DNA of 64,000 bases from Candidatus Latescibacterota bacterium (GTDB taxonomy: Bacteria > Latescibacterota > UBA2968 > UBA8231), in contig OZ220089.1 of assembly GCA_964291625.2 (NCBI GenBank), forward strand, positions 2,560,001-2,624,000, given 5' to 3'. The translations under genes were made by a program, and so were the position numbers. This document shows positions 1 to 10,059 of this stretch, piece by piece (the stretch's first letter is position 1; the number at the start of each line of letters is the position of its first letter). Below the pieces are notes generated by a model, which was not told where the DNA came from, did not search any database, and was given only the letters and a program-made list of their open reading frames with translations.

Positions 1-422
1 TAGATGTTCAACAGGGCGAAGAAGAAACAGGAGGCGCCGAGAACGGCGATCGTGTAGGGCATCAGGGCCCGGTAGCGGTGGCGGTTGAGGAGCACCACGG
101 CGGCGGTGTACAGCGACAGGATCCAGCCCCAGAACAGGATCGACCCGTTCTGCCCTCCCCACAGCGAAGCGACCACGTACTGGAGGGGCTGGGCCCGGTT
201 GGTGTTCTCGGCCACGTACTGGACCTCGAAGTCGTGCGTCAGGATCGCGTACCACAACCCCGCCACCGAGACCGTGTAGAGGCCGCAAACGGCCAGGGCG
301 GCGTTCTCGCCGGAGCGGATCAGGCCTTCGTGGTTGCGGTGCGCCCCGAGGACCGAGCCAAGCGCCGCGTACCCGCCCGCCGCCAGCGACAGGCACAGGG
401 CGAAGTAGCCGATGTCGACCAT
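1..422 (-). CDS. ccmF: Heme lyase CcmF (cytochrome c maturation), N-terminal part; runs off the window edge
   Basis: Manual translation from ATG at 422 gives MVDIGYFALCLSLAAGG...HDFEVQYVAENTN...ASLWGGQNGSILFWGW, the CcmF N-terminal WxGxxGSxLxW motif. Directly downstream of ccmE. Confidence 0.9.
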   Translation of the reverse strand, partial: MVDIGYFALCLSLAAGGYAALGSVLGAHRNHEGLIRSGENAALAVCGLYTVSVAGLWYAILTHDFEVQYVAENTNRAQPLQYVVASLWGGQNGSILFWGWILSLYTAAVVLLNRHRYRALMPYTIAVLGASCFFFALLNI

Positions 423-432
423 GCCGCCGGGG

Positions 433-873
433 TCAGATGCTGCCCGATGGCTTCAACGCCTCCGGGTGATCGTCGTAGCTCTGGCCCTCGTACTTGGATG
501 GACACTTGGCCTGCACGACCTCGGCCTCGAAGCGTCTCTGGGCGGGAACGAAGCGGCCTTCGAGCACCACCTGGGCGCGATCCTGGAAGGTGTCGGGAAG
601 CACCGAGTTGCCCGTGTAGCGGACGGCCAGCCGGCGCTCGCCGTCGGTGATCTGGAATCGGGGCCGGTGGCGATACTCGTCCCACTCGATGGTGCCGGGG
701 ACGACGGTGCAGCCGCCGAGTTGGATGCGGCGGTCTTGGGTGAGGGTGTGAGCCTCGGCCAGCAGGGCGTCGAGGGTCATGTGACGGCTCGCCGACTGGC
801 GGATGCCCAGGGCGAGGAGGGCGATGACGCCGGCGGCGGCGGCGGCGGAACCGAGGGCGAAGGCCCATCTCAT
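433..873 (-). CDS. ccmE: Heme chaperone CcmE, CxxxY variant
   Basis: N-terminal TM anchor, VRYTG..LPDTF, C-terminal AKCPSKY motif. Confidence 0.92.
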   Translation of the reverse strand: MRWAFALGSAAAAAGVIALLALGIRQSASRHMTLDALLAEAHTLTQDRRIQLGGCTVVPGTIEWDEYRHRPRFQITDGERRLAVRYTGNSVLPDTFQDRAQVVLEGRFVPAQRRFEAEVVQAKCPSKYEGQSYDDHPEALKPSGSI

Positions 874-984
874 GGCGGCACTCGATCAGGGGCCGGGGGA
901 AGGAGGATATTGCCTGTTGAAGATCCTCAAGGTTGGCAGGCGCGGCAAATGGAGCAACCGGCGCGCTCGCAGGAGCCGCCCCGG

Positions 985-2118
985 TCAGACGGAGAGGGTC
1001 TTGGGGAAGGTCGTGAGATTGCGGCAGCCGCCGTCCTCGACGACTACCAGATCCTCGATGCGGCAGCCGCCGAGGCCGGCGTAGTAGAGGCCAGGCTCCA
1101 CGGTGACGACCTGTCCCGTCTCGAGTCGGCAGGAAGGCCGGGAGATGTACGGGGCTTCGTGGATCTGCAGGCCGAGACCATGGCCCGTGCCGTGGAAGAA
1201 TCCCTGCATGCGGCCGTCGATCTCTCCGGACTCGTACCCGGCGGAGGCGAAACCGCGGATCACGGCCTGGTGCACCTCCGCCCCGTCGATCCCGTCGCGG
1301 ATGCTCTCCAGCGCCCCCTGCTGGGCCGCCGCAACGACTTCGTGGAGCCGCTGCACCTCCGCGGAGACCCGGCCCCGAACGACGGTGCGTGTGATGTCGC
1401 CGAAATAGCCGCTCACGGAGTGGCGGGGGAAGATGTCGATGATGATCGGCTGGTGGGCGGGCAGGGGGCCGTGGCCGCCCTGGTGGGGATCGATCGCCTG
1501 CTCGCCGCCGGCTACGATCGTGTGCTCCCCGTGGCAGTCGCAGTCGAGCAGGACGTGGTGGATGCGCCGCCGGACCGCTTCCGAGGTCAGAGGCCCCTCC
1601 GGTCCCACGAGCAGATCGTCCCGTACCGAGGATTCCCCGATCATGGCCAAGGCCGCCTCCATGGCCCGCTCAGCCCCCTTCTGCGCCTGGGCGATGGCGG
1701 CCACCTCCTCCTCGGACTTGATCGCCCGCTGCGGAAACAGGGGAGGCTCGGCCACGGTCAGGCCAAACCCCGCGGCCCTCAGATCGTCGGCGGTATGCAC
1801 CGGGAAGTCGGGGGGCACCAGCAGGCATCGCAACTGCAGGCTGCGCAGGATCTCGCCCAGCTGTCCGCCCGCCGCCGGTTCCTCGCCCCGGGCGTCGAAC
1901 CTGGAGCCGGCCAGCACCTCTGCGCCGCGCACTTCCTCCCGGGCCCGGTCCAGCTCCAGATCCTTGACCACGACCCAGGCGGCATCGGCCGAGGCCAGGT
2001 AGATGAAGGGATCGGGCGCCCGGAATCCGGTCGCCCAGAACAGGGCCGCATTGCGCTCGGAGTCGCCCACCATCAGCAGTGCGTCGGCTCCGTGCAGATC
2101 GACCGGGGATCCGGTCAT
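985..2118 (-). CDS. Xaa-Pro aminopeptidase, M24 family
   Basis: DIF..GYFGDITRT, HGTGHGLGLQIHE, TVEPGLY, GCRIED metal-binding motifs. Confidence 0.93.
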   Translation of the reverse strand: MTGSPVDLHGADALLMVGDSERNAALFWATGFRAPDPFIYLASADAAWVVVKDLELDRAREEVRGAEVLAGSRFDARGEEPAAGGQLGEILRSLQLRCLLVPPDFPVHTADDLRAAGFGLTVAEPPLFPQRAIKSEEEVAAIAQAQKGAERAMEAALAMIGESSVRDDLLVGPEGPLTSEAVRRRIHHVLLDCDCHGEHTIVAGGEQAIDPHQGGHGPLPAHQPIIIDIFPRHSVSGYFGDITRTVVRGRVSAEVQRLHEVVAAAQQGALESIRDGIDGAEVHQAVIRGFASAGYESGEIDGRMQGFFHGTGHGLGLQIHEAPYISRPSCRLETGQVVTVEPGLYYAGLGGCRIEDLVVVEDGGCRNLTTFPKTLSV

Positions 2119-3548
2119 GGCTGGTTCTCCTCAACCGCATGGATGGGAAGGGCCCGGACGTCGATGCCCCGGCCCCGGCGCCAGTGCCAGAGCAGAGCCG
2201 ACTCCCCCGCTTTCGATCGCGCCAGGTGGCGAACGAACTGATCGAGGGAGACGACGGCGGTCCGGTCGATCTCGGTGATGACGTCGTCTACTTCCAGTCC
2301 GAGCCGCGCCGCCGGGCTCCCGGGCTCGACTCCGGTGATGACCACCGCACCGGCGCTCTCGGGAAGCTTCAGCCTACGCGCCTCCTCCCGGGTGAAGCCG
2401 AGACGAAGGGCCTCATCGCCCGCCATCGATCCCAGGGTCAGGCCGAGACGCCGTGCCAGAAGCCGTCCGCGGGCAAGTAGCAGGCTCTCCTCCCGCTCGC
2501 CGAGGACGACCGGAACCCGCTGCCGCCGGCCGGCGCGGAGGACGGTGAGCTCCACCCTCTCCCCCGGGTCCCGGCCATAGATGCGGGTCTGCACCTCGTT
2601 GGTCAGGTCCACCGGCTGTCCGTCGATGGCGAGCACCACGTCGCCCACCGACAGGCCGCTGCGGTCGGCGGGTGCGCGCGGCTCGATACGGGTGATGTAG
2701 ACACCTCGCGGCGGCGACAGGTCCAGATCCTCACTCCGGACCAACTCGTCGTCGACATCGCTCATCTCTACCCCGAGGTAGCCCCGCACGACCCGGCCGT
2801 ACACAAGGAAGTCGTCCATCGCTTCCCGGGCCAGGTCGATGGGGACCGCCAGGCCGTAGCCCATGAAGAAGCCGGTCCGGGTGGAGATGGCGGTATTGAT
2901 GCCGACCACCCGTCCCTGCAGATCCAGGAGAGGCCCCCCGGAGTTGCCGGGGTTGATCACCGCGTTCGTCTGGATGAAGCTCTCGATGCCGTAGTCGTCC
3001 TCGATCACCCGGGCCCGGCGGCCGAGGGCGCTGACGATGCCGTGGGTCAGGGTGGTCCCCATGCCCAGGGGATAGCCGATGGCGAGCACCCAGTCGCCGA
3101 TCAGCAGGTCCTCGGACCGGCCGAGGGAGGCGACCGGCAGGCCGGGAGCGTCGATCTCCAGCAGGGCGATGTCGATGAGCGAGTCCACCCCGACCACCCG
3201 GGCGGGGAAGCGCCGGCGGTCGTGGAGGGTCACCCGTATCGAGTCGGCCCCCTTGATCACGTGGTGGTTGGAAAGGATGTGGCCGGCGGCTGAGACGATC
3301 ACCCCCGAGCCGAGGCCGCTGAGCCCGTCTCCCCGGGGTGGGACCGGGGGGTGGAACCGCGGCAGCCGCTGCAGCTCTCCCGAGGTCTGGATCAGGACCA
3401 CGGCGGGAGCGACGCGGTCGTAGACGGAGCGAAAGGAGCGGCTCAGGTCCTCGAACCGCTCCAGTCCGGACTGACCCGCCGCCGGCACGGATGCGGTGCA
3501 GGCCAGCAGCCACGCCGCCGCCTGCCTCCGGATAACCGAGCCGGTCAC
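2115..3548 (-). CDS. DegP/HtrA periplasmic serine protease with two PDZ domains
   Basis: Signal peptide; GSGVI, NHHVI, DIALL and GNSGGPL catalytic motifs; two PDZ-like C-terminal domains. Confidence 0.93.
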   Translation of the reverse strand: MTGSVIRRQAAAWLLACTASVPAAGQSGLERFEDLSRSFRSVYDRVAPAVVLIQTSGELQRLPRFHPPVPPRGDGLSGLGSGVIVSAAGHILSNHHVIKGADSIRVTLHDRRRFPARVVGVDSLIDIALLEIDAPGLPVASLGRSEDLLIGDWVLAIGYPLGMGTTLTHGIVSALGRRARVIEDDYGIESFIQTNAVINPGNSGGPLLDLQGRVVGINTAISTRTGFFMGYGLAVPIDLAREAMDDFLVYGRVVRGYLGVEMSDVDDELVRSEDLDLSPPRGVYITRIEPRAPADRSGLSVGDVVLAIDGQPVDLTNEVQTRIYGRDPGERVELTVLRAGRRQRVPVVLGEREESLLLARGRLLARRLGLTLGSMAGDEALRLGFTREEARRLKLPESAGAVVITGVEPGSPAARLGLEVDDVITEIDRTAVVSLDQFVRHLARSKAGESALLWHWRRGRGIDVRALPIHAVEENQP

Positions 3549-5050
3549 TTGAACCCGTACTTGTCGAGCTTCCGGTACAGGGTGCGCTCGCCGATCCCGA
3601 GAAGCTCTGCCGCCTTGCGGCGGTTGTGGCCCACCTGCTCCAGGGCCCGGGCGATGGCGTCTCGCTCCAGCTCCTTCAGCGACGACAGCACTCCGTCATC
3701 GTCCTCCCCCGGGTCGGAGGCGGCGCCTGCCTCGTCCTCGTCGATCTGGTACACGGGGCGCACCGGACGAGGTACGGCTGTCTCCCTGCCCTCCTCGATG
3801 GTTCGCCTCAGGTCGGCGACCTCCCGCTTGAGGTCGAGCAGGGCGAAATAGATCAGCTCGCGCTCCGACTGGTCCGGGGTCTTGAGGGTTGGAACGGGCA
3901 GGTTCACACCGAGGTCCGGCGCCCGCTCCAGATGGGGGAGCAGGTCGTCGGCATCGACCAGGCCGGCCGGGCCCAGGAAGACGAGATGTTCCACCAGGTT
4001 GCGCAGCTCGCGGACGTTTCCGGGCCAGTCGTACTGCGCCAGAAGGTCGAGGGCCCGCGGGGTGAACCCGTGGAAACGGCTGCGGTCCTTCTGACCCCGG
4101 CTGTAGATCTCGACGAAGTGCTCGAGGAGCAGTGGGATGTCAGCGCGCCTCTCGCGCAACGGTGGCAGGTAGAGCTCGACGACCTTCAGGCGGTGGTAGA
4201 GGTCGCGTCTGAACTCGCCGCGGCTCACCGAGGAGAGCAGGTCCTTGTTGCTGGCCGCCAGCATGCGCACGTCGACTTCGATCGACGTGTCGCCGCCGAT
4301 ACGGGTGACGCGCCGTTCCTCGAGGACGCGGAGCAGGCGCACCTGCGCCGAGCGGGCCATCTCTCCGATCTCGTCGAGGAACACCGTGCCTTTGTGGGCC
4401 TGCTCGAAGATCCCCCGCGTCTGCGAGCGGGCGTCGGTGAAGGCGCCGCGCTCGTGGCCGAACAGCTCGTTCTCCAGGAGGTTCTCGGGGATGGCGGCGC
4501 AGTTGATCGGCTTGTAGGGCTTGTTGTCGCGGCCGCTGAAGTGGTGGAGGGCGCGGGCCACGACATCCTTGCCGGAGCCGCTCTCCCCGGTGATGAGGAC
4601 GGTCACCGGGGTCGGGGCCACGAGAAGGATCTGCTCGCGGAGGGTTCGGATGGCCTCGGAGTTGCCGACCAGATGTTCGCACAGGAAGCGGCTGCGCTCC
4701 AGCAGGCGGGAGACGGCCGCCGTGAGTTGGCCGCCGTCGACCGGCACTTCGACCACCTGCTCGAGGGGGCTGCCCCGGGAGAGCTCGTCCCAGGCGGCAG
4801 TGGAGCCCGCGGCCAGGACGACGACCGGCAACTCCCGGTGCTCGGCCAGCACTTCGGCGATCGACCGCAGGCTGAGGTCGGGGAGGTTGAGATCGACGAG
4901 GACGAGCCCCGCGCCCCGGTCGAGGAGCGCGGGGAGCCTGCCGGCATCGCGTACCTCGATGACCTCTGCCGACCCGGCCCGCAGTTCCCGGCTGCAGGCG
5001 GAGGCCAGTCCGGGGTCTTGGGTGAGCAGCAGGTAGCGGGTGCGGGCCAT
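3545..5050 (-). CDS. Sigma-54-dependent transcriptional activator (atypical receiver, AAA+, Fis-type HTH)
   Basis: GESGSGKD Walker A, ELFGHERGAFTDA, FLDEIGEM, WPGNVRELRN, C-terminal AAELLGIGERTLYRKL. Confidence 0.93.
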   Translation of the reverse strand: MARTRYLLLTQDPGLASACSRELRAGSAEVIEVRDAGRLPALLDRGAGLVLVDLNLPDLSLRSIAEVLAEHRELPVVVLAAGSTAAWDELSRGSPLEQVVEVPVDGGQLTAAVSRLLERSRFLCEHLVGNSEAIRTLREQILLVAPTPVTVLITGESGSGKDVVARALHHFSGRDNKPYKPINCAAIPENLLENELFGHERGAFTDARSQTRGIFEQAHKGTVFLDEIGEMARSAQVRLLRVLEERRVTRIGGDTSIEVDVRMLAASNKDLLSSVSRGEFRRDLYHRLKVVELYLPPLRERRADIPLLLEHFVEIYSRGQKDRSRFHGFTPRALDLLAQYDWPGNVRELRNLVEHLVFLGPAGLVDADDLLPHLERAPDLGVNLPVPTLKTPDQSERELIYFALLDLKREVADLRRTIEEGRETAVPRPVRPVYQIDEDEAGAASDPGEDDDGVLSSLKELERDAIARALEQVGHNRRKAAELLGIGERTLYRKLDKYGFK

Positions 5051-5150
5051 GGCGCGTCAGAAGAGGCGGCTGGAGATCGCACGCCCCCGGCGGGACTCCC
5101 GGCTCTGCCGGGGAGGGCGGGACTTTCTGCGGATCATGCGAGAGCAGCCC

Positions 5151-7790
5151 TTAGCGGGGGCTGCCTCCAGGAAGCCCCTGGATGCGCTCGTGGGCGGCGC
5201 GGCCGTACTCGCTGCCGGCGCCTTCGCGGTTGATGATCCTCTGGTAGATGCTGCGCGCCTGGTCGAATTCTCGCAGCTGTTCGTGGCAGCCGGCGCGCTG
5301 GAAGTCCGCGGAGTTGATCCAGTTGACGCTGGCATCCGCGCCGTGGAAGGCGACCTGGGCAAAAGCCTGGATCGCCATCCGGTACTCGCTCATGTTCTGG
5401 TAGCACTGACCGATGTAGTATCGGGCCTCGGCCGCGTCCTCTCCCTTGGCCCACTCCAGTACCTCTTCCAGGTAGGAGATGGCCGCTCCGTACTGGCCCG
5501 TCTCCTTGAGGATGTATCCGATCTCCAGTTGAACGTCCCGGCGGTCCGGGTGCCCGGGGAACTCGTCCTCGATGCGCCGCGCCAGCCGCAGCGCCTCGTC
5601 CCACTGGTAGAGCCGCGAGTAGCAGCGCAACAGCTTGTATGCGGCTTCCTGGCGCTGCGCCGGGGTCGCCCGCGGGGACTCGAGGACACGGCGGTACGCG
5701 CCCGCTGCCGGAAGCAGGTTGCCCAGGGTCTGGTGAAACGCCCCGAGTCGGAGATGGACATCGGCCGAGAAGGGTGAGTCCGGGTAACCGGCGGCGAAGT
5801 CGGACTGGGCCTTCAGGGCCTGCGCGGTGCTCTCCTCGCTGGGCTCGGAACGCATGCGTTCCCACTCCGCCGTGGCGGCGAGATAGGCGCCGGCGCCCGC
5901 CGGGTCGGAGGCCATGCGCGCCAGCAGGCCATCCGGATCCCGGACCCAGGAGGCCTGGGCGGGCTTGCTGGCGGCGTCGTCGGCGACCTCTGCGAAGTGC
6001 TTGCGCGCCGCCTCCCACTTGCCGGCCTTCAGCAGTCCCCGGCCCTCGTACAGACGGAACAGATAGGGCCACACGCCGTCGTCTCCGAAGCGCTTCCGGT
6101 GTTCCTTGGCCCAGCTCTTGGCCTCCTTCGTCCTGCCCAGCTCGAAGAGGCTGACCACGGCGCGGCCGACATCGCCTGCCGTGGCTTCGTCGCTCTCGAG
6201 CCGGGGCGCGTACAGGGTCCAGGCCCGGCCGTAGCGCTCCGCCTCGAAGTGGAGCTCCCCCGCGCCCAGGTCCGCCGAGGCGCGCGCGGGGCCCCGGACC
6301 CTGGAATACGCAGCCAACGCCTCGTCGGCCCGGCCGAGGCGGGCGAGCAGGCGGCCCCTCGCCAGCTGCAGGGAATCCGCGGAACCTGCACCCTCGGTGA
6401 GCAGGCGCTCGTAGAGGGTCAGGGCCGTCGGGAGGTCCCCCGCCAGGTCATGGGCGCGGGCAAGTCGGTAGCGCAGCGACCCGTCCACGTCGCCATCGGG
6501 ATCCGTGGAGGCCAGGGACGAGAGCAGTTCGCCCGCCCGGCGCGGCTCTCCGAGGCGGAAGTGGATGTCGGCCAGGAGTTCCTGCGACTCCCGCCGCCCC
6601 TCGAAGTCGGGATAGGCCTGGAGCTCGCCGAGGGTCATGGCCGCCTCCTCGAACCGGCCCCCGCGGGCCAGGGCGCTCCCGAGGGCGGCCAGTACGCGCG
6701 GCTGCAGACCGCTGCCGGAGACCTGAGGCAGGAGCGCGCTCAGGGCGTCGACCGCCCCTTCGATCTCTCCCGTCCGCAAGCGCACGACGGCCCGGCCGAA
6801 GCGGGCTTGGGGCGCCCATTCGGTGTCGCCGGCCTCGCTCAGCAGACGGGCGTACACCGAGTCCGCTCGAGCCAGCCGGCCGGAGTCGCCCCGGGCGGCC
6901 TCGAGCCGTGCGTCGGCGAGGCCGATCAGGGCCCGAGCGCGGGTCTCGCGGGTGTCCTCCGACAACGGGTTCCGCTCGAGGAAGGCGGCGTAGCCGTCCT
7001 CCAGCGTGTCGTGTCTCCGGTCTTCGGGCGCGGAGTCGGCGATCGATTCCGCACGGCGAAGCTGGGCCATCCTCGACCACTCCCCGGCCCCGCTCTCCCC
7101 CAGCAGGGCGTCTTCCTCCAAGGCCAGGGCGTACAGGGAGTCGCTGGCGGCGCTCCGCCCTTCGAGTTGACGCTGGCGGGCGAGCCGGTAGAGGCAGTCG
7201 GCCAGATGGAACCGGGCCTCCGCCGCGGTCGGGTCGTCCGGGTAGGAGGCGGCATAGATGCCCCAGGCCCGCACCGCCCCCGGGAAGTCCTGGTGGTCGC
7301 GCAGGATGCGGGCCACGTCGAGCAGGATCCGGCGGCGGGGCACTCCGGTCAGCTCGTCGATCCACTTCTGCTGCAGGGCCAGCGCGAGGCCGTCCGCGTC
7401 GGTGATGGTGTAACCGTCGAGATACTCGAGGCGCTGCCTCACCCGGGGGCCGCGGGGATGGCGCGGAAAACGCTCGAGGAAGTTGCGGTACTCGGCGACC
7501 GCCAGTCTTCGGGCGCCGGCCCCGTCGTAGGCGTCGGCGAGTCCGTACTGGGCATCCGCGGCCACCGGACCGGAGTCTCGACTCAGGGCCGTGAACAACC
7601 GGACCGCTTCGTCATGGTAGCCGCTGGCGTCGTAGACCTGGGCAAGGTGAAGGCGGGTGAGGTCGCGCTCGGCCTCCGACTCCGGGAAGGCGGCCCCCCA
7701 GCGCTCGGCGTCGTCGAGATAGCGGAGGAACCAGGAGCGGGCCCGGGGGAGATCCCCGTGCCGGCGGTAGAGGGCCCCGAGCTGGCGCAC
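5151..7790 (-). CDS. Large TPR-repeat protein, C-terminal fragment (continues the 7583..8914 ORF across a frameshift at ~7810)
   Basis: Many TPR/BamD-like repeats (AQYGLADAY, FLERFPRHPR, AEARYYIGQCY). Adding one C to the C7 run at 7810-7816 (minus strand) joins the two frames. Confidence 0.8.
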   Translation of the reverse strand: MRQLGALYRRHGDLPRARSWFLRYLDDAERWGAAFPESEAERDLTRLHLAQVYDASGYHDEAVRLFTALSRDSGPVAADAQYGLADAYDGAGARRLAVAEYRNFLERFPRHPRGPRVRQRLEYLDGYTITDADGLALALQQKWIDELTGVPRRRILLDVARILRDHQDFPGAVRAWGIYAASYPDDPTAAEARFHLADCLYRLARQRQLEGRSAASDSLYALALEEDALLGESGAGEWSRMAQLRRAESIADSAPEDRRHDTLEDGYAAFLERNPLSEDTRETRARALIGLADARLEAARGDSGRLARADSVYARLLSEAGDTEWAPQARFGRAVVRLRTGEIEGAVDALSALLPQVSGSGLQPRVLAALGSALARGGRFEEAAMTLGELQAYPDFEGRRESQELLADIHFRLGEPRRAGELLSSLASTDPDGDVDGSLRYRLARAHDLAGDLPTALTLYERLLTEGAGSADSLQLARGRLLARLGRADEALAAYSRVRGPARASADLGAGELHFEAERYGRAWTLYAPRLESDEATAGDVGRAVVSLFELGRTKEAKSWAKEHRKRFGDDGVWPYLFRLYEGRGLLKAGKWEAARKHFAEVADDAASKPAQASWVRDPDGLLARMASDPAGAGAYLAATAEWERMRSEPSEESTAQALKAQSDFAAGYPDSPFSADVHLRLGAFHQTLGNLLPAAGAYRRVLESPRATPAQRQEAAYKLLRCYSRLYQWDEALRLARRIEDEFPGHPDRRDVQLEIGYILKETGQYGAAISYLEEVLEWAKGEDAAEARYYIGQCYQNMSEYRMAIQAFAQVAFHGADASVNWINSADFQRAGCHEQLREFDQARSIYQRIINREGAGSEYGRAAHERIQGLPGGSPR

Positions 7791-8914
7791 GGCCGCGGCC
7801 CCGTGCGCCGGGGGGGACCCCCGCTGGAAGGGCTTTTCACGAGGTCCAGGAACAGGCGGACCGCGGGAGCGAACCGGCCGGTCTGTCCGAGAGAGATCGC
7901 GCGTCCGAGCATCGCGCGGCCACGCAAGGGGGCGTCCACACCGGTGGCGCCGGCCTGTGACAGCGGCTCGTAGAGCGCCAGGGCCTCCTGGTGCCGCCCC
8001 GAGACCCGCAGGGCGTCGGCGTATCCGACCCGGGCCCTGGCCCTCCGACCTGGATCGCGGATCGCACTGGCCGCCTTCCGATAGGCCGTCACCGCTTCGT
8101 CATGGCGGCCTCGGTCCATGAGGTGACTGGCCAGGACGAGGTGGGCGGAGTCGCTCTCGGCGCTGCCGGGGAAGGCCTGATGCAGCCTTCTGAAGGCGGT
8201 GGCGCCCGCCGCCGTGCGGCTGAGGAACAGGTGGATCTGACCGGAAAGGAGCAGTGCGTGCCGGGCCTCTTCGCTGGCTGGGGCGGCCTTCCCCACCTCG
8301 CTCAGCAGCTCCTGGGCAGATTCCGGATCCCCGCCGGCAAAACGTACCCTGGCCAGCTGGAGCCGCCCTTGGCGGGCCTCGCGAGTCCCGCCATACTCGG
8401 ACAGGAGATGGTCGTAGAGCCGCACGGCGTTGGCCGGGTCACCGGAGCGCAGGTGGTTGCCCGCGGCTTGCAGGAGGGCCCCGGGGGCGAACCCGCTCTC
8501 GCTGTAGAGGCGTTGCACCTCCTCGAAGGCTTCGGCGGCCTCCTCGAAGCGGTCCAGCTGCTGCAGGCAGTCGGCGCGTTCGCGCCGGGCTTCGGCCACC
8601 GAGAGATGCCCGGAGTGTCGCTCGACAAAGCTGTCGTACGCCGGCACGGCCTCGGCGCAGCGCGAGCTGCGGGCATAGGAGCGGGCCAGCAGGAGCCGGG
8701 CATCGGGCACGTTGGCGTGGCCGGGGTGGTTGCGGATGAAGTCGGCGAACAGCTGGGCGGCGGTGGCGTAGTCGGCCATCTGGCGGTACAGGTTGCGGGC
8801 CAGCTGCCACTCGTCGTCGGCGTCGGACCATGCGGGGACCGCTCCCAGAAGGGTGAGGCAGACGAGGGCGGGAAGGGCACGGCCCGGGCGGTGCCTCGTC
8901 GGGGATCGATCCAT
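7583..8914 (-). CDS. Large TPR-repeat protein, N-terminal fragment with signal peptide
   Basis: Signal peptide LVCLTLLGAVPAWS, then TPR repeats (FADFIRNHPGH, ARLLLARSY). The TPR pattern is lost after ...SPSSGGPP at ~7810. Start could be 8914, 8941 or 8968. Confidence 0.78.
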   Translation of the reverse strand: MDRSPTRHRPGRALPALVCLTLLGAVPAWSDADDEWQLARNLYRQMADYATAAQLFADFIRNHPGHANVPDARLLLARSYARSSRCAEAVPAYDSFVERHSGHLSVAEARRERADCLQQLDRFEEAAEAFEEVQRLYSESGFAPGALLQAAGNHLRSGDPANAVRLYDHLLSEYGGTREARQGRLQLARVRFAGGDPESAQELLSEVGKAAPASEEARHALLLSGQIHLFLSRTAAGATAFRRLHQAFPGSAESDSAHLVLASHLMDRGRHDEAVTAYRKAASAIRDPGRRARARVGYADALRVSGRHQEALALYEPLSQAGATGVDAPLRGRAMLGRAISLGQTGRFAPAVRLFLDLVKSPSSGGPPRRTGPRPCASSGPSTAGTGISPGPAPGSSAISTTPSAGGPPSRSRRPSATSPAFTLPRSTTPAATMTKRSGCSRP

Positions 8915-9002
8915 GCTCGAAGGTGAAGACAGGGCCGCCATGGCGGCAGGTTCTTTGGATGAGGGCACCCGGACGGGAGCCCTATATTCAATCTGCTCCG
9001 CG

Positions 9003-9031
9003 AGTATACCAGTCCTTCAAATCAGGGTCAA
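9003..9031 (-). promoter_or_regulatory. Sigma70-type promoter for the TPR-activator-degP-peptidase-ccm operon
   Basis: Minus strand reads TTGACC (9031-9026), 17-nt spacer, TATACT (9008-9003), with an extended -10 TG; AT-richer divergent intergenic region. Confidence 0.7.
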
Positions 9032-9034
9032 GAC

Positions 9035-9946
9035 GTGTCAAAGCAATCACTTACGTCCTCTGGTGGCGAGTTGGTGGAGAGCGCCCGGGCCAAGCTGAAC
9101 CTCGGGCTGCGGGTGCTGTCGCAGCGGCAGGACGGGTTTCACGACCTGATCGGACTCTTCCAGACCGTCAGTCTCGCGGACCGCCTGTACATGCGCCCGG
9201 CCCGGCGTCTCGATGTGACCTGCTCCGATCCGGCCGTGCCCCCGGGCCCCGGGAACCTCGCCTACCGGGCCGCCGAACTCTACCTGCGGGAGGCCGGCAC
9301 CGCACCCCGGCACGTGCACATCGAGAAGGCGATTCCCGCCGCCGCCGGACTCGGCGGTGGCAGCGCCGACGCCGCCGCCGTGCTCAGGGGCCTGGACCGC
9401 GCCGCCTCTCGCCCGCTGGGCCTGGGGGCGCTGACCCGGATGGCTGGACAGCTCGGCTCCGACGTGCCCTTCGCCCTCCAGGGCGGGACCGCCCTGGTCG
9501 AGGGCCGGGGGGAGCGGCTCCTGCCCCTCCGGTGGAGCACGGAGCCCGTGTGGTACGTCCTGGTCTGTCCCCGGGTTCCGGTCGACACCACATGGGCATA
9601 CGCCGAGCTGGACCGGCATCGGCGGGACCGCCCCATCGACTTGTCGGAATCCGACCCCTACCGTACGTTTCTGGATCAAGCACGCGGCGGGCTCGTCGAC
9701 GCGAATCGGCTGTGGTCGGTGTTGCACAACGACTTTCAGCCGCTCGTCGAACGCGCCAAACCCATCGTCGCCCGAGCCAGCCAGGCGCTGGCCGCCACGG
9801 ACCCGCTGGCCCATTCGATGTCGGGCAGCGGCGCCACCGTTTTCGGCATCTACGACGACCGGACCGCCGCGAAACGCGCCGCCAGGGGGCTGCGCGAAGC
9901 GGGGTTTCCGGTCTTTCTGTGTACGCCGTGTCCGCCGTCACGATGA
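9035..9946 (+). CDS. ispE: 4-(cytidine 5'-diphospho)-2-C-methyl-D-erythritol kinase
   Basis: AKLNLGL, IPAAAGLGGGSADAAA, LGSDVPF and MSGSGATVF GHMP-kinase motifs; followed by tRNA-Gln as usual. Confidence 0.95.
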   Translation: MSKQSLTSSGGELVESARAKLNLGLRVLSQRQDGFHDLIGLFQTVSLADRLYMRPARRLDVTCSDPAVPPGPGNLAYRAAELYLREAGTAPRHVHIEKAIPAAAGLGGGSADAAAVLRGLDRAASRPLGLGALTRMAGQLGSDVPFALQGGTALVEGRGERLLPLRWSTEPVWYVLVCPRVPVDTTWAYAELDRHRRDRPIDLSESDPYRTFLDQARGGLVDANRLWSVLHNDFQPLVERAKPIVARASQALAATDPLAHSMSGSGATVFGIYDDRTAAKRAARGLREAGFPVFLCTPCPPSR

Positions 9947-9963
9947 GCGGTGGACGGGCAGGT

Positions 9964-10038
9964 TGCCCGGTCGTTCAACTGGTAGGACAACGGATTTTGG
10001 TTCCGTCTATCGAGGTTCGAGTCCTCGCCGGGCAGCCA
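9964..10038 (+). tRNA. tRNA-Gln (UUG)
   Basis: Acceptor stem TGCCCGG/CCGGGCA, anticodon arm ACGGA-TTTTGGT-TCCGT, T-loop GGTTCGAGTCC, encoded 3' CCA. Confidence 0.97.
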
Positions 10039-10059
10039 ATACTTCGAAGAAGGTAGGCC

